This document shows positions 38,867-51,897 of a stretch of 64,000 nucleotides of DNA, in pieces. A program made the position numbers and the translations under genes. Origin of the DNA: Ophelia neglecta (Eukaryota); NCBI GenBank assembly GCA_965285935.1, contig OZ260661.1, positions 121,334,001 to 121,398,000 of the forward strand. Reading direction: 5' to 3'. The notes beneath the pieces are model-generated. The model searched no databases. It saw nothing but the letters and a program-made list of their open reading frames with translations, and had not been told where the DNA came from. Positions within the stretch are counted from its first letter, which is position 1. Each line of letters begins with the position of its first letter.

Positions 38867-41800
38867 CTATAAGAAGGCAACAAGTAAAGACTTCGACTCC
38901 GCCTTGGTAAATAATCCCGCAAAACTATGAAGCCTATCGTTAGAACAGATAGTAAACTTGTCAGAAGAATCTAAAAGAGGCGCTGAGTGGTCGCTGAATT
39001 CATAAATCCATGAGTTTGTCCGCACAAAGAAAAAGAACTCCTGGGAGTAAGTTAAAAGTGGTGGTGTGGCTGGGAAGCCCTGTATGTGCTGGAGGTGTGT
39101 TTAGCGCACAGAAACTTGGTGTCGGCCCTGCTATGTTCTCTCAACTCTCTCACATGGCCCTGTTATCAGCCACTACACTTGGCTGCCTCGCGCTCCCACA
39201 TATATCCTTCACATAGTGTATAAACACACAGAACAGGAACTGAACTTAAGAATGCAAATAGCCAACATGCGTGCATTCCCATGAAGTATCCAACTTTGTT
39301 TCAGGTGCCCTGTGAAGCTCAAGCCGTGCTTGGTACAAGCTACTTTAGTTGGCTTCTCTTTTACAGGTATTTAAGTTCAATACGATGACATACAGGTGTA
39401 TTATAGTTTTGTAGGTTTTGCCTGGAAGGCTTGCTGTGGTCGCGGTGTGACTGTGGACAGTGAGGCGAGTTTCTGTGTGGTGTGGAATCATGATGAGGCT
39501 ACTGGCCTGGTCCCAGGAGTCTCTACCTTGACTGGCCATACCCCAGTAATGCCCATTGCTGGTTCTACACTGCACAGCAGTGAATGGCAACGAAACAGGG
39601 CCTTTAAACTTAGCTCCAGCCACATTGGTCCAAACATCACACTGACACCTGGTGGACAGTACTGGGGTTAAATTAGGATGCACAACTTGGTATCTGTACT
39701 TGATCTTCATCAAGTCCTTAATTATTGGGCTTTGATTTAAATAGTAGAATTGACCCATGGACTGTCATCAGTTAACATGGCTAGTGGAAGTTGTGAAGGT
39801 TGGACATTCATTCTACCTCTGTGAGTCTGTGTTATGAGGAACTCACTCTGATCAACTGTTGCTGAGTGACACCTGATCCACCTATATCTATCTGAAATAG
39901 CCTGCCTCCTCCAGTCACTACGTTCCCTGGCACAAGTTATCACAGCACTGGTAGTTTAGACACTACTGGGTGGTGAGGATAGGTACCCAAAAGACTGCCA
40001 ACAGGGGGCAGCAGCAACCAACCAGTCCTGCAGGCAGCTTGCCGCTCTATAATTACATCATTACCACTAACCTCATCCTTGGGTCATGCCTCAATCATAT
40101 ACCTGGCACAACGATCAACACAAACAAGAACTGCCATTTACAGCATGTCCCAAGGTCCTTCAGCAAGCTCCCTGGATTCCTCAATAGGAGATTACCAGCC
40201 AGAGAATGGAGACATTTGACATGCATGTGTTAATACACCTCTGCTGCCCTTACCAGACCAGCTAGTGTTGACTCTAAGCCCCTTTCTTTAGTTAGAGGAC
40301 TTTTCTCTCCATTTACACCCAATAACAATGACAATCAGCCTCTATTTACACACATGAGTTCAGCATTAAGGTAAGGCACACCGGTGCCATGGTGATTCTT
40401 ACTGGAAGAGTACAAATATACACCTCCAGCCATCCATTAGATGAAGGTCACTGTCCATCTACAGGACCACCAATCAATCACCTAGGATGACAAATCAGAT
40501 GAGCTCAGCGCCACTTGAGACCATTATATCCTAGGGTGTCGATGGGATCAAAATACTGTGAAAAAAGTTAGGGTCAGGCAGGACAAAAACATAGCCTTAA
40601 AGCACTGGCTTGAAATGAACACTGAGGACTGCTTTTGTTAAGGTGTCCCCACAAGTTTGGCCTGGCTGCCTTATAAACCAGCCTTGTTATTATCAAAATA
40701 TAATAAAGTTCATGAAAGTGATAGCAGTAGATTTGGCCTAATGCTTGAGGAGGGGTCCACCACACACTTGAGTTGTCAGTAATGGACTAGCTAGCAGACA
40801 CATACACTACACTAAAAGGAGGCAGGCTTTGATCTCACCGCCAGGTTTGTCCACAGACTGAAGATTCCTCAAGGCTACCGACACATTCATAGCCATGTCA
40901 CAGGTGAGAGGCCCCAGGATCAGAACTGCTAGAATTATCTATATCAATTTGTCTATAACTGCCAGACATGGTCCTGCCATGGAGAAATCACAGACACACC
41001 CACGAGCTAGTCGAAATCAATGACCCTGGCCAACAGACTTATTACATAAATATTTAATAAAAACTTGTTGGGCAAAAAATGACAAGCTAGTAAATGTGAG
41101 AATAACATGTTATCAGTTATTATCTCAGAAGTAAGACATGGCGACTATGGCGACTTGAGTGAACTGTGTGCAGTTAATTCCTGATGTTTGGCACATAGGT
41201 TACCATGGTGTTTGCTGACAGATGCTCATAAATAGGGTCCAGACCGCAGCAGTCCAAGGCAGGCGTCCTCAGAGGCCCATTGGTCACTGTTTATGATGAC
41301 CTGACACGATATATTTGCCATGGTGTGGCTTTCGAGAAAAACTTGCCGTATAAGGAATCTCCAGGGTAAACATGGTACAGGCTACAGTGCTGGTGCAAAG
41401 GAGTCATCTATGAAATGTGGTGGTAACAAAACAACATGGTTTGAAATGGCATTATCATGATTATAGGGACCATGCAAGCTAAGAAAAGCCATTGGTCAGC
41501 AAATCTCCAAATCCAAGTTAAGAATTAGTCATTGTAAACATTTCAATACTTGTATGAAGTTCTCTGGTGTTAGTGATTGCTTTAGACTCCCCATGCCTAT
41601 ATAGACTCACTCAGTGCCCACGATGATTACAACATTACCTGTCCACTTTGATCCCTCAATCTAAGCCCCCTGAGACAGGTAAGATAATTAGTGTAATTGC
41701 AGGTGACTTCTACCATAACATAGCTGATTACACACAGAAACCTACTGGCAGATCACCTCTCACATTAATCATTGTACACTGGGGTTTTTTTAGTGCCATA

Positions 41801-42154
41801 CCAGTTAACCTAAAGAATGACTTAAAACTAAGAGAAAAAAGAAAGCTATTCTCACATTGTGGGGATAGCTTCAGGTGATTAATGACTTTATATCATATCA
41901 TAGGTGTGTGCTAACCTTCCTGGGTACTATGGAGGTCATGACACAGGTGATAGTGGCTGAGACGTCTAATCTAGTGAGGGAGTGTAGGGAGACCCACGGT
42001 TTTTCCACACCCACCCTATCACTGAGGAGTTACACACCGCCAAGTTGCATGTCACTCAGGCCTTATTCACACTCAGTATCTTGACTTTTAACAATGATCA
42101 CAATACAACAGTCAATTCTCTTCTACTTTACACTAGTAAGTATCTTTCACTCAC

Positions 42155-42190
42155 CTTTGAAAGGCTGGGGTCAACTTGCATGAAGATCAT
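42155..42190 (-). CDS. Candidate first coding exon MIFMQVDPSLSK, phase-0 donor
   Basis: Consensus donor AAG|GTGAGT, with in-frame ATGs upstream. Confidence 0.25.
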
Positions 42191-44199
42191 TACAATGTAT
42201 GCATCAACTGTGAATTCCTTATCTCAGGTATTAAAAAACCAAACTTGAATGGCACTATCTCACAAGTACCCTGAGAATTCCACATGCCGGAGATGGTTTG
42301 CCTTTTAGTGAGAGGACAGGAATATTCTAGAGGACCTGCAGTTCAGAGTTAAATCTCCTGACAACAGTTGTACGCATGAGACTGAATCATGATCAGAGCT
42401 TACACTCAAGTGAAAGAACATCCATTTCTAGATAAATGCAACAGTCTTCTAATACTAGTCAAACAGAGAGAGGATCACAAGCCCTCTCTCAATGTGTCAG
42501 TGCCTCTCCTAGTTAGATCTCAGCCAACAAGATCAGCGTGACTGACAGAGGCACCCAGCAGTCCCTTCATGGTAGTGCACGGTCAGCAAGCACCATTCAG
42601 AATGCAAGAATGCAGCAGCAAGCACCACAAAGAATGCTAGATAGGCTAAGATTGAAAGCAATGACCAGTTGGTCCTCCCAGATAGGGTTTTCCATATTCT
42701 GGGTCCCTGCTCTAAAGAATGTGACCAGGCCAAGCCAAGCTCACATGATTTGACCATAAAGCACCCAGCTCAGTTCAATCCATTGGCCTGTCAGTTATGA
42801 TAGGGTAATAGACCCTAGTCCTGCTGGCTGGCTATCGGTAGCCAGGCTCTGGTTATGGAACGTCTTGGGCCATAAATGTGACAAGCAGTGTCTTTACTTC
42901 ACCCTATCTCTCTCTTCCGATTCACTGAACTCTATAGCTTTTAATCTAAGACAAGAAGAATCCATATATGGTGGGTTTATTTTCTTTTCTTATCAACTGT
43001 CGCACTGGGGCAATGCTGTCTTTTAAAAGTTAAAAGTATGATCGCCACTCAGTTAAGTAAGGAGTCTTATCAAAAAGGCAACAGGCCTCCTTACAAATTC
43101 ACGAGGGGGAAAGATTACATATATAGTTTTCTTGTGACTGCACTCAGACATGGCAGGAATATAGCTATAGTATCACCTAGGGATCTATGTGTTGACTGTG
43201 AAAACAATCAGATATATCAAGGCATGCATTTCATCATCAAAATCAAACACAAATCAAACTACCAGTTTCTGGGAACAACAGACATAGCTTGTTGACTATG
43301 TCTATGTCACCTAAAGACAGGTATTTATGCATGAAATATGTGCTTTGAAATCATGTCCACAATGAGTTGACATCATGGGCAATTAAAATGTCACCATTTA
43401 ACTAAGGTTTTGGGAGGACTCCTTACCGGCCTAGGGCTCCATTCACCACTAGTTGGCCCTCAGAGACAGGTGTCAACCCTTTGTGCTAACTACCAACTTT
43501 AATAGGTTCTCACCTGTAGGTGCTTGCCCTGGGGGATGGCATGTTGACACAAGATCTGGACCCCCTTTTTTCTATCAATCACTGACCCAGAGAGGGTGAG
43601 AGAGGGTGTTACCATGCAGAAGGGAGTTTAAGCCCCCACAGACCCTCCCCCTACCCATATTACAGGGTACACCCATCCCATACTTCCAAGTGAAAGTAGA
43701 CCCTATTTGTCCAAACCCTAGATCCCCCCCCCCCCCCCCGTTTATACACTGGGAATGGAAAAAATACCTCACATCACCATTTGATTGACTTGTGCACTGA
43801 TTCATCGAATTTAATTTTGCCATGTGGTAAAACATTAGAGTGTTTCACACAAAATGCAATAATGTCAGAATTGTTAGTTCTTCGCCAGATACAAGAATCT
43901 CCCCGCCAGAAAAGTCTGATTTACCTGACTGTTGTTTACAACTAAATCAATTAATTACTTCATGTTTTGAAACAAATTATCTATATCTTTTACATTTGCC
44001 TACCTTCAACTGATACACATACAGTATCAACTGAAAGGCCAATTGTCACTTTCATTAAAATCAAGTCTCCCCCAATCACCATTTAATATAATATACCATT
44101 GTTAAGATTGCCTATAGTGATAGAAGGCAGATAAACACTCCTCAGGAGCACTTAAAAGTTAGGTTATTCTATCAAAAAACACTTCGCCTCTCATGTAGT

Positions 44200-44720
44200 C
44201 AATCATGCATGCAATTGTGACTTGAATTCTAATCAGTCACATCGCATTTTGTGACGTTTTACGCCCAAATTCTCAAGGAGTTATCAGACGAGAAATCAAA
44301 AATGGTCTTTTCAGAAGCCACTGCCAACACTCGGCCCAGGCAAGTCATTCGGGCATCCGTGTGATTAAATATTTGACTAAAAATGCGATGGCGAGATGGA
44401 ATGAGATGAAGAGCTAGGCAGCTAATTATACCCCGACTTCCAATGGGCAGACAAACATAGAAAGTTGATTGCGTTTGGCAATACTTTATGATGACTCCAT
44501 TGAAGCTTGAGTCCCCCAAGGAAACGTAGTGATCCACCCCTCTTAGTCATAGCACTGCACAATTACCCACTACCCCCCTCTCGCTGGGCACATCACCCGG
44601 ACATCACCGCCGTCAAGGAGGCCTGCCAATCCCCTCTCTTCCTTGTACATCACTCAGACATCATGGGCCTGCCAGCCAAACAGGGCATGTCACTCAACAG
44701 TCACAAAACACGACTGGCAC
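44200..44720. promoter_or_regulatory. CpG-retaining non-coding island, candidate enhancer
   Basis: Locally high CpG, TAATTA and TGATTAAAT homeodomain-type motifs, no credible ORF. Confidence 0.3.
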
Positions 44721-45693
44721 ATCCAGAGATGACAAAAAATAGGCTAATCTCCTGCCTGATTAATTCAAAGAAATGAATTTTTCAGAGTTTTTTTTTTACT
44801 ATTTTATCTCTTTCTTGCAAGCCTATGCCACTTCAAAGTGTGACCAGACTGTCAATCTTGCCTTATCCATATCTTCATCTTTTGTCTGCAGAGACTTATT
44901 TAAGAATTAAAACTGCATTACACCAAAGCTGGTTTTCTTTTGTTTCCATGCGGACACATTTCAATTGTCTTGTTCTTAATTCTTGATAAAGATGTACTAT
45001 CTACAAAAGTCTGTGGAGTGGCATTAAGCATTGTGCTCCATCCATCACAGCGCATTATGTGGGGATACAACAGTGGAAAATATTGGCTGTGTGACACAAC
45101 CATCATGTCACTATGAGGATTTATGGCAGGCAGCCAGATTACCAGAAATCTCCGAGGGGATTCCTCGCCAAAGCCAAGCCATCCAAGGGGGGACATCCCG
45201 AACAATCCCAACAATCGAGGGTCTTCATGCTAAAATCACATCTATTCATAAGGCACATCAACTAAATCAGCATCCACATTCAATGGGAACAAACCTCAGA
45301 GATGGCAATTTGGAATAATGTGAAAATAGAAGCGGTGTTTTTTGTTTCTATCCTCATTATGGTTCCGCTGGGACCTTTTCATTATTTTACAATTTCCAAC
45401 TGCCATTATTCACCCTGGCTTTCACTGTCTATTCAATTCAGGTCACAACCTCTCTTTCACACATAATTTTACCCATAACCACAAATTTTCTGGAAACAGA
45501 TAAAGATTCAAAGTTCATATCAATCAGTCTAGATCATCCACGGTCCTGACTCTCACAATCCAAACTGTTCCACTGGAAGCACACCATTAACAGCTCATTA
45601 ACAAAGTATCTAGCTACATTTTTCAGGCTGGTTATTGATGTGTGATCAAATATTAATTAAGTATTTAATAATACACATATTTCCAAGACTTAC

Positions 45694-45776
45694 CATTAGA
45701 TTTTGCTGTGTAAATAAGTCTTGTCCAGCCAAACTAGAGGAGACACTCACCTACAAGAGAAAAAACAGAATTAGTC
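45694..45776 (-). other. Recursive splice site (ratchet point) at 45751/45750 with a 57-nt RS-exon (45750-45694)
   Basis: Minus strand reads gactaat-tctgttttttctcttgtag|GTGAGT...CTAATG|gtaagt. The exon is open only in phase 0 (VSVSSSLAGQDLFTQQNLM). Confidence 0.7.
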
Positions 45777-46496
45777 AAGAGTACAATGACAGGCTGGGCA
45801 CCAAGGCTCTTGGGTGGGAATTCATTAACAGTTAAATAGGTAAACTACCAGTAAGATCGTAAAAAGAACATAAAATGTCTGAACAGTGTGCGTTAAGTGC
45901 ATGGCAATTGTTATTGATAAATAATACAGCCACAATACAATATTAAGTAGCGAGGAAGCCATGAATTGTGTCAGGTTTCCCAGCGCGAATGCAGCAGGAG
46001 CAGTACATCCCTTGGTGAAAGCCGGAGTGACGGGCCTCGGCAGATAAAGCCAGGCAACTGTGTGACGGCTCTGACGAGCATGGAACTGACAAACCCCTCA
46101 CAATACACGCATTAGCATTCCTCATGATTTACAGGGTAATTAAAAACCGAGCTTTTTAAAATTTCAGAAGCTTGCACAATCTCTCAGTCGATGCCCATAT
46201 AAAGATGACTTTTATTGCAAGACTGCATGAAAGCGTACATAACTCAACAGCGATATCTGAATGTTGCATACTTTTGCCTGGCATCAGAGTACTTGCACTT
46301 TTTCACCTAGTTTATAGCTTTAATTATCAAATGAGTTAATTGGCCAAGGTGTCGGACATAACAAGTTTTAGCACATCTGCCTCCAGAGAGCAGTGCCTGT
46401 TTTGCCAATTCCATCTCCCCTCATTGTTTATTGATGAAGGCAGACTGTTTATGTGGTGCCGGGAAGGTGTGCAGTCTTGTTGTCACTGCCAGGGCC

Positions 46497-46548
46497 GAGC
46501 CAGCCAGGTATGGGGCCCAGCCAGGTATGGCCCAGCCAGGTATGGGCC
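46497..46548. repeat. Short tandem repeat (ccagccaggtatgg) x3
   Basis: Directly visible. Confidence 0.85.
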
Positions 46549-46614
46549 ACACTGGCCGTGTGAGTTCATAGACTCTAGACATGGTCACAGCCAATAACTA
46601 TAAACCAACCTAGT

Positions 46615-46803
46615 TTCTCCTGATTAAAGGTTTTGCACTGGAGACTGGCTTCTCAGACCATAACAGCCGTACTCACTCCCTGACTAAAGGTACTAGCCAC
46701 TGAAGGCTGGCTCTCAGACCAAAGCCATACTCAACCCCTGTTTAAACTACTATAGCTATGCACTGGAGGATGACCTTTCACATTCACAGCCTTACTCAAC
46801 CCT
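46615..46803. repeat. Diverged ~60-bp tandem repeat x3
   Basis: The pattern 'cactggag..tggct.ctcagacca...agcc.tactca..ccctg' recurs. Confidence 0.65.
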
Positions 46804-49800
46804 AATTCAATTGCCACATTACACCATTTAGCCCTTGGCAACACTCCTGGCATAAGTACACAGAAGAAAAAGCTGAATGGACTCCTAGTCTTACTATTCA
46901 CATGTAAAATACCATGACATCATTCTCATTTAACATACTAAACACAGTTGCTACTTTCCAGAACAGTATATAGCCATGATTTCTTTAAATAGAACAGAAC
47001 CTCCCTAAGACAGCTGTCCGTCACCCTTAAAAAAGCTGGACACAGCTGAAGAGCCTAAGTGCCTGCAAATGAGGAAAGAAAACTACTGCGCAAACAACCT
47101 CAAAGACCTTGATGGCCTCTAAATGAAATAAAATACATATCTACCTACAAGGCAATGGAGCAGTTTTATGCAGGAATGCTTTGATCATTGCCTACTGTAA
47201 CAGAAACCATTATAATCCAAGGAAGGGCAACCAGTAACATGATTTCAGGTCCAAAAGCAATAAAAAATTCCACATCCAATTAGAAGCCTCCAAATGAAAC
47301 TGTCTATTTTGAAGATTTTAATGACATTCAGGACTTGAGATTTCTAAAAAGTCACAGCTAAGAAGACAAGTGACAAGCAGCTCAGAGAGGGAGGAATCAC
47401 ATATGCCACTATAAATGGGACAAACCCTCCCTAAAGTGGTAAAAAGTACCAAAAGACATGGCAACATTCAAGCACCTCTTAAAGGGAAATTAATATGCTC
47501 TGCTACTCTCATTCTTAAAATGTTCTTTCAGGAAATCAACTGTTGCTTACAGTTATTTTATTTTTATTTTTTTCAATAACAAATACATGTTTTTTGCCAT
47601 TCCTTAAATATGTTTTCTATAGTGATTTGTCCCATGGTTGTCCACATCTAATGGACACATCTAATGGATTCTCCTATGGTTGTCCACATACTCCTATGGT
47701 TTTTTCCATGTCTAAAAGATTCCCTGTAGGTTTGTATTTCACCCTAGACAATCCTTCCAGAAACCCCAGAGCCCTTAGCTTGTAGAATATTTCTCTATGT
47801 AGACAGACTATTTTCATACAGCCATTCTTTACTGTGTTTGTGACCTGGTGATAATAGGTACATGATTTAGAAATATGTTACCCTATCAATTATTCTCAGG
47901 TGAGAGCCCATTTTTATCTTATGTCTCATCAATTACTGCAGTTGTTTCCCATTTGCACTTAATATATGTACAACATTTTAACTCCTTATCTTTCAATATT
48001 TCAAGGCAAAGTGTAGAAAAATAAGAATAATAAATGGGGAGAGAAGCGAAATTGTGAAAAGAAACATATATTTCTTGACTAAAAACTATGTTTTGACGCC
48101 AATTTGGGACGTGGTAGAGGTGAGCGTATGAAAGGCAGCAGACTAGCTGAAGAGTGAGAAGGGTTGAGGATCTCCTCGGAGAAAGCTCTCCCAGCTCACT
48201 CCCAGGGAGATATAGCCAAATATCCCAGTGGCTCGGCTAGCCAACTGATGTTATATGATTGTGTGCCTCATTTACCACCCAAGTGAGGCACAACAGAGGT
48301 ACAGAAACCCCGGATGGTCTCCCTGACAGGATTACAAAGGACAACCAGAGGCTGCCTCATCCTCCCCCTTACCTAGCCCCCAGCCAGCTCAACACAATCA
48401 ATTGACTCTGTCAGTTCACATTTCAAGTTTTCTCTGGGTAAATAGCACAAAAATAAGGGAAGAGTTAATAGCTCTATCTGTGCCTATAGGAATAGTGAAG
48501 TGGCAATACACTGATGTAATTCAAATGTTCTTCTGACATCACAGCCTTGTAATCACATCAGGTAAATTGAATTTTTGCCACTAATTAATTTATCAGCTTT
48601 TATTGCTGGTCCTGGTGTTTACCAGTCAATGGAGGGTGTTGAGAAGTGAGTAATTATGATAGATTTGAGGAGGTTTCTTCCCCCAGGAGAAAAGCCACAG
48701 TGAAATGGCTACAAGTGTCTCAGGACAGTAGCCCTTGATCTTACCGCTGATCACAGCCCCCTGATCACAACCCCATGAGCACTGGGTGCTGATGGTGGCA
48801 CCTTCAGGTGTGTTAAATCAATCCATCACCTTCAGGCAGGTAACCCAGTCATTGTGGTAGTACTAAACAGCAGTCAAATTTCACATACAAAAATTACCAT
48901 TTAAAAGAAGGAAAAAAAGAAGTCTGGAATGACACAATCAAATTCCACCTCTGCTTCAGAGCTGAATATCCTAGAAGCCATGCCACGGTAACAGTCTGCT
49001 AAAATGTGACAACAAAATGCATTAGCTCCAGAAAGCTGAACACCCAACTGCTCATTGCTGAGTTATAATTCCCTGGTTATAATATTCACTTTCACAGTAC
49101 TCAAATAATTTCTGAGTTGTTTAAGATGATTCCTGGCCTTCATTGTGAAGGGGGATGGGGGGGGGGTCTGGTTACAGAGGTCACCTATCAATATTCCTGG
49201 ATCATGTAGTACAGTCTTAATGGATTGCTATTACCTCTGGTGTTTCACTAATGTGACAGTAGTCTAGCAGGTCTTCAGAAGAGAGCTAGCAGGATTTTTG
49301 TATCCGACCGAGAGAGAGGTATTGAGTTCTGGTTGTCTTTTGGTGTTTTTTAAGGATGTGCTTTACAGAGCAGTCCGTGTGTCTGTACCAATACCTCTTC
49401 AAATCCCCTAAGAATTCAAACAACAGTGAAGAGAACATGACAACGACCATCAAAGTTGGGTGATTAAAACCAAGTAGGCTTGGATCTTTAGTTCCACAAA
49501 TGCACGATGGCCTCTCAACATGGTTATTATTCCTATCAGCTGGTTCTACAGGTAGTTTACTTTCAGGGACAAAAGTAAAATACTATTCTACAGTGTGTGT
49601 TATTACAGCCCAGCAGAAGATTGCAGTATAGGCAAGGAGTTCAAAGCTCCGCAGTGACCCGATCAAAGGGGCCGCATGACCCTCAAACCATAATAGCCTA
49701 ATTATTATCTGATTACCTACACATGATGGGGTTATTTTTGTTGTACAATTGTTAAAAAGATTGCTGTGAAGTATAGGTTTGTGGGAGATAAACTAATGTC

Positions 49801-51812
49801 AATACTTTGTGGTAATAGAGCTGCTATAGAAAGGTGAGGAGAGTTGATAAGGTTTTCAGGATACCTGTTCAGGTATAAAACACAACTAGGGTTTTCACAT
49901 TACACCGGTCATATAAAATACACCTGGAACTATTCTAACCAGACCTTACCAAATGATAACACCATCCCTGACATCTTGCTGATTATTAAGCCATCAAAAA
50001 GTAAATAGCTTTCATTTGAACTGTTCAAAGAAAACAAGGAGAACATGCCAGAAAGTTTCTCATCAGGTTACATTAGTTGACAAGCACCCTCCATTTAAAG
50101 CTCAGTCAATGTACCCTGTGTGTCGCCTCGGCTCTAAAAATCTAGCTATGATAAGACAGTATTTGAGTTTCACATAGTTTGTTTTGACTTTCTGACACTT
50201 AGGTAGTCTTATCAATCAAACTACAGTCCACTAGAAATGTATCTCTTAACTTCAGAAATAACTAAATGTGATTTTTGTTAACTTTAGAACTAGCCGGCAG
50301 CAGGAGATCTTCCTTCAACTCGGAGATTGGCAGCATATTTGCACATGAATTGCCTTTACAAATGTTGACTTTGATCAGTGAAAAACATCTCTGTTCACCT
50401 TTACTTATCAGCGTTCTGTGAAGTGTTTGACATGTATCATTATCCAAAGTAAACAACAAAGTTTGTTCGACATTTTCTGAGAAATGTTGCAAATTCTACG
50501 ATGGCTCCGAGCACGATGAGAATGGCATATTTGTAATGTTCACACCCTCTAAGTGAGGTCTGTGATCAGGGCTGAGGCCTGGGTGATGACACGCCCAAAG
50601 GTCGAAGGTCTCTACGAAGGTAGAAGGTCAACGGCAGAGGTAAGTAGTAAAGTGATATGGCCAATCTGGGGGGGCTTACATCTAATAGGAGAAAGTGTCT
50701 ACAAAGCATTGTTTGGATGAAAGAGGTGTACCCTCTTGTCTGGCATGAAGTCATACCTTGGGGACAATTGTCTTTATTAACTTGTCCTTGTCAGCCCTGT
50801 CAGCTCACTCTCAAGGGCACTTGCCCCGCTCATGCTAAGTTCTCTATTATAGCACTACCAGTTCAAAGAGTACACCCCCCTGGCCACAGCTATTTCTTTG
50901 GTGGAAATGATCTTGCCAGAAACAACAGTTATTTAGTGTTAATGTAAGCACTTATAGAGGCAGCTCCTTTTCTTTGTCATCACAGGCTTGTTTCTCCATA
51001 TTTTGTATAAAAAAGCTAAGTTTTCCTTAAAAAAAGGCAACAAAAATGTTCAAATATAGATGAAAAAGACTAAAACTATTTAAAAAGTCTACAAAACTTG
51101 CTAGGTTGCTGTCAAACTGTCAAATGAACCATTGCAGTGCCGTTGTACATGTACATAATAGTTTTTACATTTGCATGCCATTTAGAGCAGGCATCTCAAA
51201 TTGATTAATAAACAGTTAACTACTGTAGTTATCCAATTACAGCTCTAAATAACAGTTGGATTTTAATTTTATTGCTCATCATGATATTTATAATGTGATA
51301 ACTCCAGATATGCAGTGTGATGTTGTGTTTTATAGCTTCTCTTTGCTATGAGGTATTAGTAACCATATAAAAATAGGCATCATTAATATCACAGTCGGAC
51401 ACTGGCAAATATCAAATAAAATATATGCAATTTGATCTGCTGGTATTTAATCACTCATCGTGTGATGGTGTGTGGAGATATCAGTGTCTAGTCTCTCCTC
51501 ACTTCTCACCATCCGTCTTGATCATCAACTTAATATATCTAAATTATCTACACCAGACATCAATACCATTTTGATTGGCAGAGACGCTTACAGTCTAATA
51601 TCACCTCACAAATTAATACAGCGAGCTACCCCATCAGCTCAGCAGCACACCCTACCACATAATAAAGGCTCCCACATATGATAAAAAGTGTCAAATTTGG
51701 GAGTTATAATGTTTTATAGGATGGGAAATATAATTGGGCCAAATAGAACCAGCTCTGATGATATCCAAATTATATTTTGGACCTCTACATTTAGTGGACC
51801 AGGTTTACAGCA

Positions 51813-51897
51813 AACTATCATATCATCAAGGTCAACTATCATATCATCAAGGTCAACTATCATATCATCAAGGTCAACTATCATATCATCAAGGTCA
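51813..51897. repeat. Perfect 21-bp tandem repeat x4, generating four TCAAGGTCA motifs
   Basis: aactatcatatcatcaaggtc starts at 51813, 51834, 51855 and 51876. Confidence 0.97.

Noticed and set aside
39345-39372. Plus-strand AG|GT sites (cttctcttttacag|gtattt; also ~61913)
   Set aside because: The donor or tract is weaker and the strand is opposite to the inferred gene. They show that such motifs can arise by chance.
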